Below are positions 1-9,346 of a stretch of 43,717 nt of DNA, one piece after another. Under the pieces are notes generated by a model. The model was not told the origin of the DNA. It made no database searches and was given only the letters and a program-made list of their open reading frames with translations. Both the position numbers and the translations under genes were made by a program. Position 1 is the first letter of the stretch, and each line of letters opens with the position of its first letter. This stretch comes from Patescibacteria group bacterium (GTDB lineage: Bacteria; Patescibacteriota; Saccharimonadia; CAILAD01; GCA-016700035), in contig JAUPVH010000001.1 in assembly GCA_030917125.1 (NCBI GenBank), positions 1 through 43,717 of the forward strand, read 5' to 3'.

Positions 1-217
1 GGCGATATTGCGAATATGTTTGGCGTCGTGCATGAGTTTCTCTAAAGTTAGTTAGTATTGCGACAAAAAAAGAGCCCCAAGGGCTGTCTTGCTATGCATT
101 ATTATGCCACAGATATATAAAAAAGTCTAATCTTTATTGTTTTTAACTGATTTACAGGAGTATGATGACCTTAAGCATCTTAAGACTAGGTGCAGCACCA
201 AGAAAAAGGAGAGAAGG

Positions 218-631
218 ATGGCACTTATCAGGGCAACTTGCTCAGATTGTGGTGATATCGAGCTGCGGTCTCGAGACATTCTGATTCGGACGTGCGAAGA
301 ACGGGATGAGTCGACTTACGTATTTCGGTGTCCTGTGTGTCGAATGATCGAAGCGCGATATGCGGAGCCACACGTAGTAGATGTGTTGTTGGCAGCTGGT
401 TGCGACAGTGAGACATGGCGTTTGCCGTCGGAACTGAACGATCCACGCAGAAAGGATGGCTTGCGGGTAACGCACGATGATTTGCTGGATTTTCATTGGT
501 TCCTTGCAGACGCCACCACGGCCCAGGTCATCGAGACTGCACGTCCGGTGAGCGCCGAAGATCAGGAGAGGTTCTTCACGGAGCTGCAACACGCTGACAG
601 TGACACCATCGCGCGCGAGCTGAACATCTGA
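218..631 (+). CDS. hypothetical zinc-ribbon protein, 137 aa (GC-rich cassette)
   Basis: Track ORF 137..631 trimmed to ATG 218, which has AGGAG at 208-212. Contains CSDC...CPVC cysteine pairs. Third codon positions are G/C-biased, unlike the neighbours. A terminator hairpin follows. Confidence 0.55.
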   Translation: MALIRATCSDCGDIELRSRDILIRTCEERDESTYVFRCPVCRMIEARYAEPHVVDVLLAAGCDSETWRLPSELNDPRRKDGLRVTHDDLLDFHWFLADATTAQVIETARPVSAEDQERFFTELQHADSDTIARELNI

Positions 632-651
632 TCGGCGCCATCCTCCATTAA

Positions 652-693
652 AGGGCATGTACTTGCACTACCTGCAAGCCTGCCCTCTTTTCT
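652..693 (+). terminator. intrinsic terminator after cassette ORF
   Basis: Outer stem agggca/tgccct and inner stem cttgca/tgcaag, followed by cttttctt. Confidence 0.5.
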
Positions 694-716
694 TGCAGTG
701 AGACCAAGCCGCTTAA

Positions 717-745
717 GATTGACGTTTATACCTATAAACCGTATA
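717..745 (+). promoter_or_regulatory. sigma70-like promoter upstream of the rpf-like gene
   Basis: ttgacg (717-722), 17-nt spacer, tataat (740-745). About 150 nt of leader precede the first plausible start. Confidence 0.45.
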
Positions 746-893
746 ATTTGCCTCAGTAAAACAAACTGTTTTTGTACAAAATAGTGAGATGAGGTAACGG
801 AGTATACGTACTCAAAATACTGGCGCGGCTTTAAGGTGGCGTCAAAAAATTCAACTTGTTCAGCAGGAACTGATAACAAAACGAAATCGTTTT

Positions 894-2111
894 GTGGCTC
901 GGCGTATCCGGCCATTATTGTGGCATCCGCATACTTATGCTGTACGTCAGAAGGCTGAAATCGGCTTGTTTCATCTGGAGCGGGCTGGCATTCAGCGTTC
1001 GGTGGCTGCAATTGCTGCAGTCGTGACAGTATTGACACTGAGCTTGGTACTCACCGCCCAAACGAAGCATAGTTTTCGAGTGTTCGCCGACGAAAAACGT
1101 GTGGTGCAAATTTATGTGGATGGCGAGCAGCGCAATGTGGTTTCGAGCGCTTCGACCGTAAAGGATATATTGACCGAAAATGGCGTAGAAGTTCGCAAGG
1201 GTGATGTGGTTGAGCCGGAACTCGATACGGCTGTAGATCAGCCAAACTATAACGTGAATGTATATCGGGCTGCTCCAGCTGTTGTGGTGGATAGTGGTAA
1301 GTTTACACAAGTAGTAACTGGCTATCGGTCGGCGCGAAAGATTGCCGCTGCAGCTGGCGTTACGCTATATCCAGAAGATAAGGCCGAACTTGAGCAAGTG
1401 CAGGATTTCCAGCCGAGTCGTACCTTGGGTTATAAGGTTACGGTCGATCGAGCGGTGCCGGTGCAGCTGGTAGTTTCTGGAGAGTTGTATAATCTCCGCA
1501 CTCAATCTGCAACAGTAGGGGAGCTTTTACAGGAAAAGAAAATTGAGTATAGCCCCGAAGACCTCCAGGGGCTGACTGCAGAAACTGCTTTGACGCCAGG
1601 TGCGCGCGTAGTACTCTCTAAAATTGTGCAGGAAACGCAGGTAGTACTTGAGGACATTGCGCCAAATACGCAGACAATTTATGACGCCAACATGGAAGCT
1701 GGTAAGACTGAAACTCGCCGAGAGGGAGTTACCGGACGAAAACAGGTTACGTATTTGGTAGAAAAGACTCCAGGGCAACCAGATAAACGTAGCGTGCTCG
1801 ATGAAAAAGTGCTAGTGGGTTCAATTGACGCCATTGTGGTGCGGGGCACAAAAATCGTTACCCGCAGCGGTCAGCCTTCGCCTGAACAGTGGGCAAAACT
1901 TCGCTTCTGCGAAGCGGGTGGAAACTATGGCAATAAGCGTAACCCGCTCTATCGCGGTGCTTATCAATTTAATTACAGTACGTGGAATAACTATGGTGGA
2001 TACTATGACCCAGCCGACGCGCCACCAGAAGTCCAGGATGCGGCAGCTTTCGCGCTCTATGCTCGTCGTGGAGCACAGCCGTGGCCAGTCTGTGGACGCT
2101 ACCTCCGCTAA
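894..2111 (+). CDS. RpfB/YabE-like cell-wall protein (TM anchor, DUF348-like repeats, G5 domain, C-terminal resuscitation-promoting-factor transglycosylase domain)
   Basis: The C-terminus EQWAKLRFCEAGGNYGNKRNPLYRGAYQFNYSTWNNYGG...PWPVCG is the Rpf catalytic signature. The gene lies directly upstream of rsmA, as yabE/rpfB does in Firmicutes and Actinobacteria. The GTG start at 894 is uncertain. Confidence 0.8.
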   Translation: MARRIRPLLWHPHTYAVRQKAEIGLFHLERAGIQRSVAAIAAVVTVLTLSLVLTAQTKHSFRVFADEKRVVQIYVDGEQRNVVSSASTVKDILTENGVEVRKGDVVEPELDTAVDQPNYNVNVYRAAPAVVVDSGKFTQVVTGYRSARKIAAAAGVTLYPEDKAELEQVQDFQPSRTLGYKVTVDRAVPVQLVVSGELYNLRTQSATVGELLQEKKIEYSPEDLQGLTAETALTPGARVVLSKIVQETQVVLEDIAPNTQTIYDANMEAGKTETRREGVTGRKQVTYLVEKTPGQPDKRSVLDEKVLVGSIDAIVVRGTKIVTRSGQPSPEQWAKLRFCEAGGNYGNKRNPLYRGAYQFNYSTWNNYGGYYDPADAPPEVQDAAAFALYARRGAQPWPVCGRYLR

Positions 2112-2113
2112 GT

Positions 2114-2929
2114 ATGGATCAATCGCAGCTTAAGGCGCTCCTCGCTAAGTTTGAAATTCGCCCTAACAAAGGCTTGGGGCAGCATTTTTTGCATGACGAA
2201 ACAGTTATTGCCGATATGTTGGAAGCTGCAGATGTGCAATCTGGCGATACAATTTTAGAAGTAGGGCCAGGCCTCGGAGTATTAACCAGTGCGTTAGTGC
2301 AAAGGGCAGGGCAGGTTGTAGTTTACGAACTGGATGAAAAACTTGCCAGTTTGATTGAATCGCAACAGGCCGAGAATTTAACTGTGGTACGGGGTGACGC
2401 GCTGGAATTACCACTCCCCCCGCGGGGGACTACCCTTCCCTACAAAGTTGTAGCGAACATCCCCTACTCTATTACTGGCGCCCTCATTCGCCGACTCATC
2501 ACTTCCCCATCCGGTCCGAGTTCAATTACGCTCTTGGTACAAAAAGAGGTCGCCGAGCGGATGTGCGCCAAACCAGGGCAGATGAGTGTTTTATCGGTAG
2601 CCGTGCAGCTCCATGGCACAGCCCACATCGCACGACTGGTTCCACCCGAATGTTTTTGGCCAGCTCCAAAAGTTGATTCGGCGGTGGTGCATGTAGATTT
2701 GGCTGGCGGTTTGATGTTCGATGTAGAGGAACGAGATTTTATGCGCCTCGTAAAATTCGGGTTTGCGCAAAAACGGAAGCAACTCAAGAACACTATGGCG
2801 GCTGGCTTACGCATTGAACCAACTGAAGTAGAACGCTACTTAACGGCAGTCGGCTTAACCCCCACTGCTCGTGCGCAAGAGTTATCACTTGCCCAGTGGA
2901 AGCAGCTCTACGATCTCATTGAAAAATAA
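2114..2929 (+). CDS. rsmA: 16S rRNA (adenine1518/1519-N6)-dimethyltransferase RsmA/KsgA
   Basis: LGQHFL motif, SAM motif ILEVGPGLGVLT and VANIPYSIT motif. Track ORF 2081 trimmed to ATG 2114, just after the rpf-like stop. Confidence 0.92.
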   Translation: MDQSQLKALLAKFEIRPNKGLGQHFLHDETVIADMLEAADVQSGDTILEVGPGLGVLTSALVQRAGQVVVYELDEKLASLIESQQAENLTVVRGDALELPLPPRGTTLPYKVVANIPYSITGALIRRLITSPSGPSSITLLVQKEVAERMCAKPGQMSVLSVAVQLHGTAHIARLVPPECFWPAPKVDSAVVHVDLAGGLMFDVEERDFMRLVKFGFAQKRKQLKNTMAAGLRIEPTEVERYLTAVGLTPTARAQELSLAQWKQLYDLIEK

Positions 2930-2966
2930 GCTCATTTCCAGATAGCGGCTATGCTATTATGGGTGT

Positions 2967-4961
2967 ATGATAAAGCGTTTTCGCTGGTTGCCGTTTTTGG
3001 TTGTGGCTCTTTTTCTGGCTGCCGTGCTGGTTTTTGCCCGGCATTCGCAAGCGGCTACCGATTTTACGTATGATATTGCACTGAACTATAAGCTGCAGGA
3101 TTCCGGTACCACTACGGTAACTGCCAACTATAAAGTTACCTACAATCGTCCCGATAGAATTCTTGACCTTATCCGGATTGCTGCACCTACAAATGATGTG
3201 CAGAATCTAAAAGCGACGAGCGCATCTGGCGGAGCGATAGCAACGAGTCTGGAGCAGAAATCTAGCGAGGGCCTGGGCTATAACTATGACTATAAAGAGA
3301 TTACAGTCGATTTTACTGCACCGGACGCACGTGGTTCAGTTCTGGAGTTTACGGTAAGCTATGACACCAACGAACTTACAGATGTAAAGGGGTCATCGCG
3401 TACACTCTATGTACCGAGCCTGTCGCAAATTGGCGCTGATGAAAAATACACCGTGAGTGTTTCGGTACCGCAAGATTTTGGTAAATTATTTTCTACCGGC
3501 ATACTTCCCGAGCTCAATGGCGCAGATGGAAATTTGGTGCGCTATACATTTCCGAAAGCCGCTGACCTTAAGCGTTCTGTCTCGCTGATCTTTGGTGAAT
3601 CAACAATTTATGAAGCAAATTTTGCCTTTCCATTAGACAATACCAGCGGCCAAACCAAGCGCTTTACCATTGCGTTACCGCCAGACACGAGCTCGCAAAA
3701 AATCTTCATTAAAAAACTCACTCCAGAGCCAATCGCCACGCGTCTTGATCCCGACGGCAATATCTTGGCAGATTATGATGTGCCGGCGCGAACCAAAATT
3801 GTCGTGAATACGGATGTTGCCGCGCAAGTAAAATACTTGGAGTATGATCTCTCTACCAGCGGTAGCATGCAGGATATCCCCGCCGAAATTGCCAAGAAAT
3901 ATACCAAGCAAACTCAGTATTGGCAAAGCACCAGCCCAGAATTACAGGTAAAGGCAGCCCAGACGGTAGCTGGAACTGATAAGGTGATTGATAAGGTCCG
4001 GAATCTCTATAAGCTAACGGTTGATACGTTGAGCTATAACAATGAAAAAATTCAGTACAATATCCGCCAAGGGAGTGATAAGGCGCTCGCCAACCCCGAC
4101 AACGCAGTCTGTCTGGAATACTCCGATCTCCTCATTGCCTTATTGCGTAGCCAGAATATTCCAGCGCGTATGCCAGTAGGTTACGCGTATGCGGGGAACC
4201 TTAAACAGTCTAAGGCTGTTGCTGATTCGTTGCACAGTTGGGTTGAGGTATATGTTCCTGGCATTGGTTGGATGAATTTGGATCCGACATGGGGTGAGAA
4301 ATTCGATAATTTTGGCAAGAGCGATTTAGACCATTTTGCATTTGCAGTATGGGGAAGTGATGATGCTACACCGACAGCCGTGATGGTTGGCGATCAGGAT
4401 ATGAATTATCAATATGAAAATACCACCATTAGCTACGGGCAAGATTTTCCTAATGCCAACCGTGAAGGCAAAGCTGATGTGAGTTCCTATGTTGTCTTTC
4501 CGGGTTTTTCAATTTCCCGATATTCGGTGACTGCACCAGAGAATGTGGCGGGCGATAATTATGCTGCGCAAATTAAGCATGGCGAGAAAGTGGAAGATGT
4601 GAGCTTGGGGTCTTTGGCACCAAGGCAAGAGTTTAGTCAAAATGTTGCGATTTTGGGATCTAGTTATGGTAAGACCGCTGAGCTGTTATTCGTGCAGAAA
4701 ACAGACGGTAGCGATACGGTGTTGGCTGTTGCTACAGGTTCGGCAGAATGGTGGCCATTTATAGTGCTCTGCGTTTTTCTATCTGGAATAATTGGCTTAA
4801 TTCTGGTAGAATTGCGTCTTAGCAAACAGCGGAGTGCACAGGGTTCAGAGGAACTGTCTAAATCGACTAAGAAATCCCCCGAAAAACAGTCCCAAGATTA
4901 TATGCCCGCAGCTCAAGAAGCTCAGAAAGAAGAACAACATGGCAAATCAGAAGCAAAATAA
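2967..4961 (+). CDS. membrane-anchored transglutaminase-like protein
   Basis: N-terminal signal/TM segment. Cys-His-Asp transglutaminase core: CLEYSDLLIALLRSQNIPAR, HSWVEVY, NLDPTWG. C-terminal TM helix plus a K/E-rich tail. The -10 tattat (2955-2960) is 6 nt from the ATG. Confidence 0.8.
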   Translation: MIKRFRWLPFLVVALFLAAVLVFARHSQAATDFTYDIALNYKLQDSGTTTVTANYKVTYNRPDRILDLIRIAAPTNDVQNLKATSASGGAIATSLEQKSSEGLGYNYDYKEITVDFTAPDARGSVLEFTVSYDTNELTDVKGSSRTLYVPSLSQIGADEKYTVSVSVPQDFGKLFSTGILPELNGADGNLVRYTFPKAADLKRSVSLIFGESTIYEANFAFPLDNTSGQTKRFTIALPPDTSSQKIFIKKLTPEPIATRLDPDGNILADYDVPARTKIVVNTDVAAQVKYLEYDLSTSGSMQDIPAEIAKKYTKQTQYWQSTSPELQVKAAQTVAGTDKVIDKVRNLYKLTVDTLSYNNEKIQYNIRQGSDKALANPDNAVCLEYSDLLIALLRSQNIPARMPVGYAYAGNLKQSKAVADSLHSWVEVYVPGIGWMNLDPTWGEKFDNFGKSDLDHFAFAVWGSDDATPTAVMVGDQDMNYQYENTTISYGQDFPNANREGKADVSSYVVFPGFSISRYSVTAPENVAGDNYAAQIKHGEKVEDVSLGSLAPRQEFSQNVAILGSSYGKTAELLFVQKTDGSDTVLAVATGSAEWWPFIVLCVFLSGIIGLILVELRLSKQRSAQGSEELSKSTKKSPEKQSQDYMPAAQEAQKEEQHGKSEAK

Positions 4962-6387
4962 GTATTATCTGACAACTTCAATTCCGTATGCCAATGCTAA
5001 GCCGCATTTGGGTCATGCGATGGAGTTTATTCAAGCCGATACGCTTGCTCGTTGGCATCGACAGCGGGGCGAGGAGGTTTATTTTCAGATAGGAACCGAT
5101 GAACACGGTCAAAAGCTCTTTGAGGCCGCGGAACAAGCGGGTGCCGAGCCGTTGAGTTTTGTGAATGAGATGAGCGAAACCTTCGTACAGTTGGCGGGTG
5201 ACTTGAACGTTGATTATGACGCGTTTGTGCGTACCACTGATGCGCATCATAAAAAAGGTGCGCAAGCTTTGTGGCAAGCCTGCGAGAAAGATATATATAA
5301 AGGTACCTATACAGGTACCTACTGTGTAGCTTGTGAGTTATTTTATACTGCAAAAGATGCGGTTGAAGGAATGTGCCCGGTTCATCCAAATCGAGCGCTG
5401 GAAGATTTGGAGATTGAAAGTTACTTTTTGAAGCTGGCACCATATCAAGAAAAATTGATTGAGCTCATCGAAACGGATGCATACAAAATTTTTCCAGCCC
5501 TGCGCAAAAATGAAATTTTAAGTTTCCTTAAAAATAATCAGCTTGAAGATTTATCAGTTTCCCGACCGAAGACTCAGTTAGTATGGGGTGTTGAAGTTCC
5601 GGGCGACAACTCGCACGTGATGTACGTGTGGTTTGATGCGTTGGCGAATTATATAACTGGCGTGGGTTATCCTGATGAGCCGAATTTTGCAAAGTGGTGG
5701 CCGGCCGATTTGCATATTGTGGGTAAGGATATTAACCGTTTTCACTCAGTTTACTGGCCAATTATGTTGATGAGTGCTGGAGTAGAGCTTCCAAAGGCAC
5801 TGTATGTGCATGGGTTTATTAATGCAGCTGGTGGCGTAAAAATGAGTAAAAGCCTGGGCAATTCAGTTAGTCCTGAAGAAATTTTGCAGCGTTATGGTAC
5901 GGATGCTTTGCGGTATTACCTGCTCCGGTATATACCCCATGATGCTGATGGCGAGTTTGGCTTAGAGCGTTTTCATGCCGTGTATACAGCCGATCTTGTG
6001 AATAATTTAGGGAATTTGGTGCAGCGGGTTGCCAGTATGACGACAAAATATTGTGACGGTAAGTTTGAAATAGCGGTTACAGGAACCCCATCTCATCTTG
6101 ATGACTTAGAAGATGCTGCTTTTGATGATGCGCTACAAAAAATCTGGAAAGAGTTGGATGCTTTAAATGAAGCCATCGACAAAAACGAGCCGTGGAAACT
6201 CGCAAAAACCGATTTGCAAGCCACTCAAAAACTCTTATATGAATGGATTGGGGATATTCTTAAGCTATCGGCGGCTCTCGCACCATTTTTGCCATCGACT
6301 GCTGAAAAAATACACAATATATTTACGGATGGTCGTGTGGATATGCACGTTGGTATGTTGTTCCCGCGCATTGAAAAGGAAGACTAG
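4939..6387 (+). CDS. metG: methionyl-tRNA synthetase (minimal form, no C-terminal dimerisation domain)
   Basis: PYANAKPHLGH (HIGH) and KMSKSLGN (KMSKS) motifs, and a CVACELFY...CPVH knuckle. Track ORF 4834 trimmed to ATG 4939 (MANQKQNKYYLTT). Overlaps the end of the previous gene by 23 nt. Confidence 0.92.
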   Translation: MANQKQNKYYLTTSIPYANAKPHLGHAMEFIQADTLARWHRQRGEEVYFQIGTDEHGQKLFEAAEQAGAEPLSFVNEMSETFVQLAGDLNVDYDAFVRTTDAHHKKGAQALWQACEKDIYKGTYTGTYCVACELFYTAKDAVEGMCPVHPNRALEDLEIESYFLKLAPYQEKLIELIETDAYKIFPALRKNEILSFLKNNQLEDLSVSRPKTQLVWGVEVPGDNSHVMYVWFDALANYITGVGYPDEPNFAKWWPADLHIVGKDINRFHSVYWPIMLMSAGVELPKALYVHGFINAAGGVKMSKSLGNSVSPEEILQRYGTDALRYYLLRYIPHDADGEFGLERFHAVYTADLVNNLGNLVQRVASMTTKYCDGKFEIAVTGTPSHLDDLEDAAFDDALQKIWKELDALNEAIDKNEPWKLAKTDLQATQKLLYEWIGDILKLSAALAPFLPSTAEKIHNIFTDGRVDMHVGMLFPRIEKED

Positions 6388-6390
6388 CTG

Positions 6391-7173
6391 GTGATTGATA
6401 CGCATGCTCATCTTCATTTTACAGAGGCTTTTGATGACGCCGCCGAAGCGCTTGCACGGGCTAACGAAGCTGGCGTGGATACCATAATCAACGTTGGTGT
6501 AACACCAGAAGATAGTCGTACTGCGCTGGCATTTGCGCAGAAGCCAGAGTATGCGGTGCAAAAAACTGGGGTAAAATTATTTGCCACCGCTGGTCTGCAT
6601 CCGCACGAAGCTGCTAGGGGTGATGCAGCTCTTGATGGTATTGCTGACTTAGCCGAAGACGTCGTGGCAATTGGTGAGTGTGGATTAGATTATTATCGAA
6701 ATATTGCCACCAAGCAGCAGCAAGATCGTGCATTGCGAGCGCAGATAGAAATTGCGCTCGAGTATCATCTACCGTTGGTTTTTCACGTACGTGACGCGTG
6801 GGATGATTTTTTCACCGTACTACGCGATCATCCTAAGGCTCGAGGCGTTATTCATAGTTTTACCGGCCACCAATCTGAAGTTGAGCGAGCTCTTAGTCAT
6901 GATGGGAAGCTGTATTTTGGGTTAAACGGTATTATGACGTTTACCAAAGATGAGGCACAGCTTGAGGCCGCGCGTTTGATTCCGAATGATCGGTTGCTAC
7001 TTGAGACGGACTGCCCATACTTGGCGCCGGTGCCGTATCGTGGCAAGCGTAACGAGCCGGCGTACGTACCACAAATTGCTGATTTTCTGGCATTATTACG
7101 GGGTTCTCCTCGTGAGCAGTTAGCTCAAGAGACAACCCAGAGTGCTGAAACGTTATTTGGGCTAGAGCCGTGA
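6391..7173 (+). CDS. tatD: TatD-family metal-dependent hydrolase/DNase
   Basis: IDTHAHL, GECGLDY, VFHVRDA, IHSFTG and ETDCPYL motifs. The metG-tatD adjacency matches B. subtilis metS-yabD. Confidence 0.9.
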   Translation: MIDTHAHLHFTEAFDDAAEALARANEAGVDTIINVGVTPEDSRTALAFAQKPEYAVQKTGVKLFATAGLHPHEAARGDAALDGIADLAEDVVAIGECGLDYYRNIATKQQQDRALRAQIEIALEYHLPLVFHVRDAWDDFFTVLRDHPKARGVIHSFTGHQSEVERALSHDGKLYFGLNGIMTFTKDEAQLEAARLIPNDRLLLETDCPYLAPVPYRGKRNEPAYVPQIADFLALLRGSPREQLAQETTQSAETLFGLEP

Positions 7174-8327
7174 GTCGATACTACTTTGACTATGCCGCCG
7201 CCACGCCGATAGACGAGGATGTTGTTCGTGCTATGGAATCGGCTCGGACTACCTTTGCCAATCCAGCCAGCCTGTACGCAGAAGGGCGTGCAGCTCGTGA
7301 GTTGCTCGATGCTGCCCGTAAGCGTATTGCAGCTGTTTTAGGGGCGCAATCTCGGGAGATTGTGTTTACCAGCGGTGCCACGGAGTCTGACAATTTGGCA
7401 ATTCTTGGTGCTTTAACGGCTGCGGGCGAGCCTCAAGCCAGAGTTATTACTGCACCAACTGAGCACGCTGCGGTACGAGCATGTACCCAAGTGGCGCGGG
7501 CGAGTGGTTATGATGTGCAGGAAGTCGAAGTTGCAGAATCTGGCATGATTAATGTTGAGACGGTTCGAAAACGCGTAACCGATACGACAGTTTTATTGAC
7601 GCTGGCGATTGCTACGAGCGAAATCGGCACCTTTCAGCCAATCGGTGAAATTGGTCAGTTGGTGCGAGAGGTTAGGGTCGATCGACAAAAACGGGGTATC
7701 GCCACGCCAATTATTTTACATACCGATGCCTCGGCGGCGCTGGGCTATTTACCGCTACCCGTAGATCGGTTGGGAGTGGATTTGATGACGCTTTCGAGCA
7801 GTAAGACGTATGGGCCGGTAGGGATTGGTGCGCTTTATGTGCGTCGTGGTACGCCGTTAACACCATTGATTATTGGTGGACGACAGGAAGCGAGCTTACG
7901 TTCAGGTACACCGGCAGTTGAGTTGGCGGTTGGTTTTGCTACAGCTACGGAAAAAGCCGAAGCAATGCGTAAGCAAGAAGTTACGCGTCTTCAGGTGTTG
8001 CACGATGAACTTTGGATGGGTCTCAAAGCTATCTCGGGGATACAGCTGAATGGACATAAGAAGAAGCATTTGGCAGGAATGTTAAATGTTTCATTTGCGG
8101 GCTTTGATGGCGAAAATTTAGTTTTAGCGCTCGATGCGGCTGGCTTTGCAGTGGCAACCGGAGCCGCTTGCGCTGAATCAAGTGACGAGCCAAGTCATGT
8201 ACTCCTAGCTTTAGGCAGAACTCGCGCTGAAGCTCAGGGGAGTTTACGGATCTCATTAGGGCGCACCACAACTTCAGAAGAGGTTCAGGCTCTCATCAGC
8301 GCAATTCGCAAAATCGTCGTACAATAA
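7170..8327 (+). CDS. cysteine desulfurase (class V aminotransferase, NifS/IscS-like)
   Basis: FTSGATESDN, HTDA, SSSKTYGP (PLP lysine) and ATGAACAES (active-site Cys loop). The GTG start overlaps the tatD stop (GTGA). Confidence 0.85.
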   Translation: MSRYYFDYAAATPIDEDVVRAMESARTTFANPASLYAEGRAARELLDAARKRIAAVLGAQSREIVFTSGATESDNLAILGALTAAGEPQARVITAPTEHAAVRACTQVARASGYDVQEVEVAESGMINVETVRKRVTDTTVLLTLAIATSEIGTFQPIGEIGQLVREVRVDRQKRGIATPIILHTDASAALGYLPLPVDRLGVDLMTLSSSKTYGPVGIGALYVRRGTPLTPLIIGGRQEASLRSGTPAVELAVGFATATEKAEAMRKQEVTRLQVLHDELWMGLKAISGIQLNGHKKKHLAGMLNVSFAGFDGENLVLALDAAGFAVATGAACAESSDEPSHVLLALGRTRAEAQGSLRISLGRTTTSEEVQALISAIRKIVVQ

Positions 8328-8331
8328 ACGT

Positions 8332-8961
8332 ATGATTTTTCATCGCAAGAAAGAAAAGAAGCGCCGTAGTAGAACCAGAAAATTTATCGGTTTTTTGGTT
8401 GGGCTGTTTTTCCTACTAGGGCTGTTTGCAGCAGCAGTATTTGGCTCGGCTATTTATTTATCGCCGCAGGATTCTACCAGCCCCGCAGATGCCATCGTGG
8501 TGGTTTCCGGGGGGCAAACCCAAACCAGGGCCAAGCACGGTATTGAGCTCTACAAAAAAGATTTAGCACCGAAGATTGTTTTTTCGGGCGCGGCGCTTGA
8601 TGATGGTCCGTCCAATGCTCGAGAGATGGCGGCATTAGCCCGTCGTTCAGGGGTGCCCGAAGAGGCGATTGTAATTGATGAAGATGCAAAGACAACCTAT
8701 GAAAATGCGGTTAATACCAAACGTATATTAGAAGAAAGCAAAGCTAAATCGCTCATACTTGTGACATCACCCTATCATCAGCGTCGGGCATTTATTACGT
8801 TTACAAAAATTCTAGGTGATGGTTTTTCTATTGAGAATAGCTCTAGCTACGATAACGCTTGGAGTAAATCGGCTTGGTGGGCTACGCCATTCGGTGTATG
8901 GATTACTGGCTCTGAGCTAGCCAAAGTAGGTTATATTTATGCCACAGGAAATTATCAATAA
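8332..8961 (+). CDS. DUF218 / YdcF(ElyC/SanA)-family membrane protein
   Basis: N-terminal TM helix, then the VVVSGG...TSPYHQRRA signature of DUF218. Confidence 0.75.
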   Translation: MIFHRKKEKKRRSRTRKFIGFLVGLFFLLGLFAAAVFGSAIYLSPQDSTSPADAIVVVSGGQTQTRAKHGIELYKKDLAPKIVFSGAALDDGPSNAREMAALARRSGVPEEAIVIDEDAKTTYENAVNTKRILEESKAKSLILVTSPYHQRRAFITFTKILGDGFSIENSSSYDNAWSKSAWWATPFGVWITGSELAKVGYIYATGNYQ

Positions 8962-8964
8962 AGC

Positions 8965-8994
8965 TTGACGAATTGTGTAGGTCGGGCGTATTAT
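8965..8994 (+). promoter_or_regulatory. sigma70-like promoter with no ORF behind it
   Basis: ttgacg (8965-8970), 18-nt spacer, tattat (8989-8994). It faces the hairpin array. Confidence 0.4.
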
Positions 8995-8998
8995 CACC

Positions 8999-9305
8999 TC
9001 AACCTTGTAGAGGCTATGAAGTGGCCTCGAGGCAGTACCGGTTCTAGAATTCGTTCATAAAATCATGTGTGTCTCCGAACGGCAAATTCCAAAATCCATG
9101 ACGTGACACACACCTGACCTTCGGGTCAGTGAGGGTGACCTCTTTGTCAGGGGGTGAAGAGGTCACCCAATAAGTTCCCGCCCCCGCAGCGGGAATCTAC
9201 AGAGCGGACGGCGCGTCCCAGCCCGCCAGTTAACTCTGTAGTGCCGCACCCCAGATGCGGCTGGCCGGGTGGTCTCGAGAGAGATCACCCGGCCATAACT
9301 TTTAT
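8999..9305 (+). ncRNA. candidate structured RNA: tandem array of at least 8 stem-loops, class unknown
   Basis: Stems read directly from the sequence. 9066-9073/9105-9112. 9114-9119/9124-9129 with a UUCG loop. 9133-9144/9157-9168 (12 bp, perfect). 9175-9181/9189-9195 with loop ccccgca. 9197-9204/9234-9241. 9243-9248/9256-9261 with loop ccccaga. 9263-9271/9286-9294 followed by ataactttta. No credible ORF. The strand is inferred only from the promoter and the terminal T-rich tail. Confidence 0.35.
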
Positions 9306-9315
9306 TAATAGAAAT

Positions 9316-9339
9316 ACCCACCATCGCGAAATGGTGGGT
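9316..9339 (-). terminator. intrinsic terminator of 9347..9706
   Basis: Stem acccaccat/atggtgggt with a 6-nt loop. A T-rich run follows on the minus strand. Confidence 0.55.
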
Positions 9340-9346
9340 GGTAGAG

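Noticed and set aside
1-90. A possible minus-strand gene start at 33..1 (MHDAKHIRNIA...) running off the left edge, and a hairpin agccc-caa-gggct at 74-86 with a T-run on the minus strand.
   Set aside because: Only 11 codons are visible, so no product can be supported. The hairpin orientation does not match any gene inside the window.
562-1310. Antisense ORFs 562..1038 (-) and 915..1310 (-) overlap the cassette gene and the rpf-like gene.
   Set aside because: They overlap better-supported genes on the opposite strand, have no start context and contain no recognisable motifs.
9174-9197. The hairpin gttcccgcccccgcagcgggaatc resembles a type I-E CRISPR repeat (GTTCCCCGC...GCGGGGAT pattern).
   Set aside because: There is only one copy, with no spacer-repeat periodicity anywhere in the window and no cas genes. 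It is better treated as one stem-loop of the 8999-9305 hairpin array.
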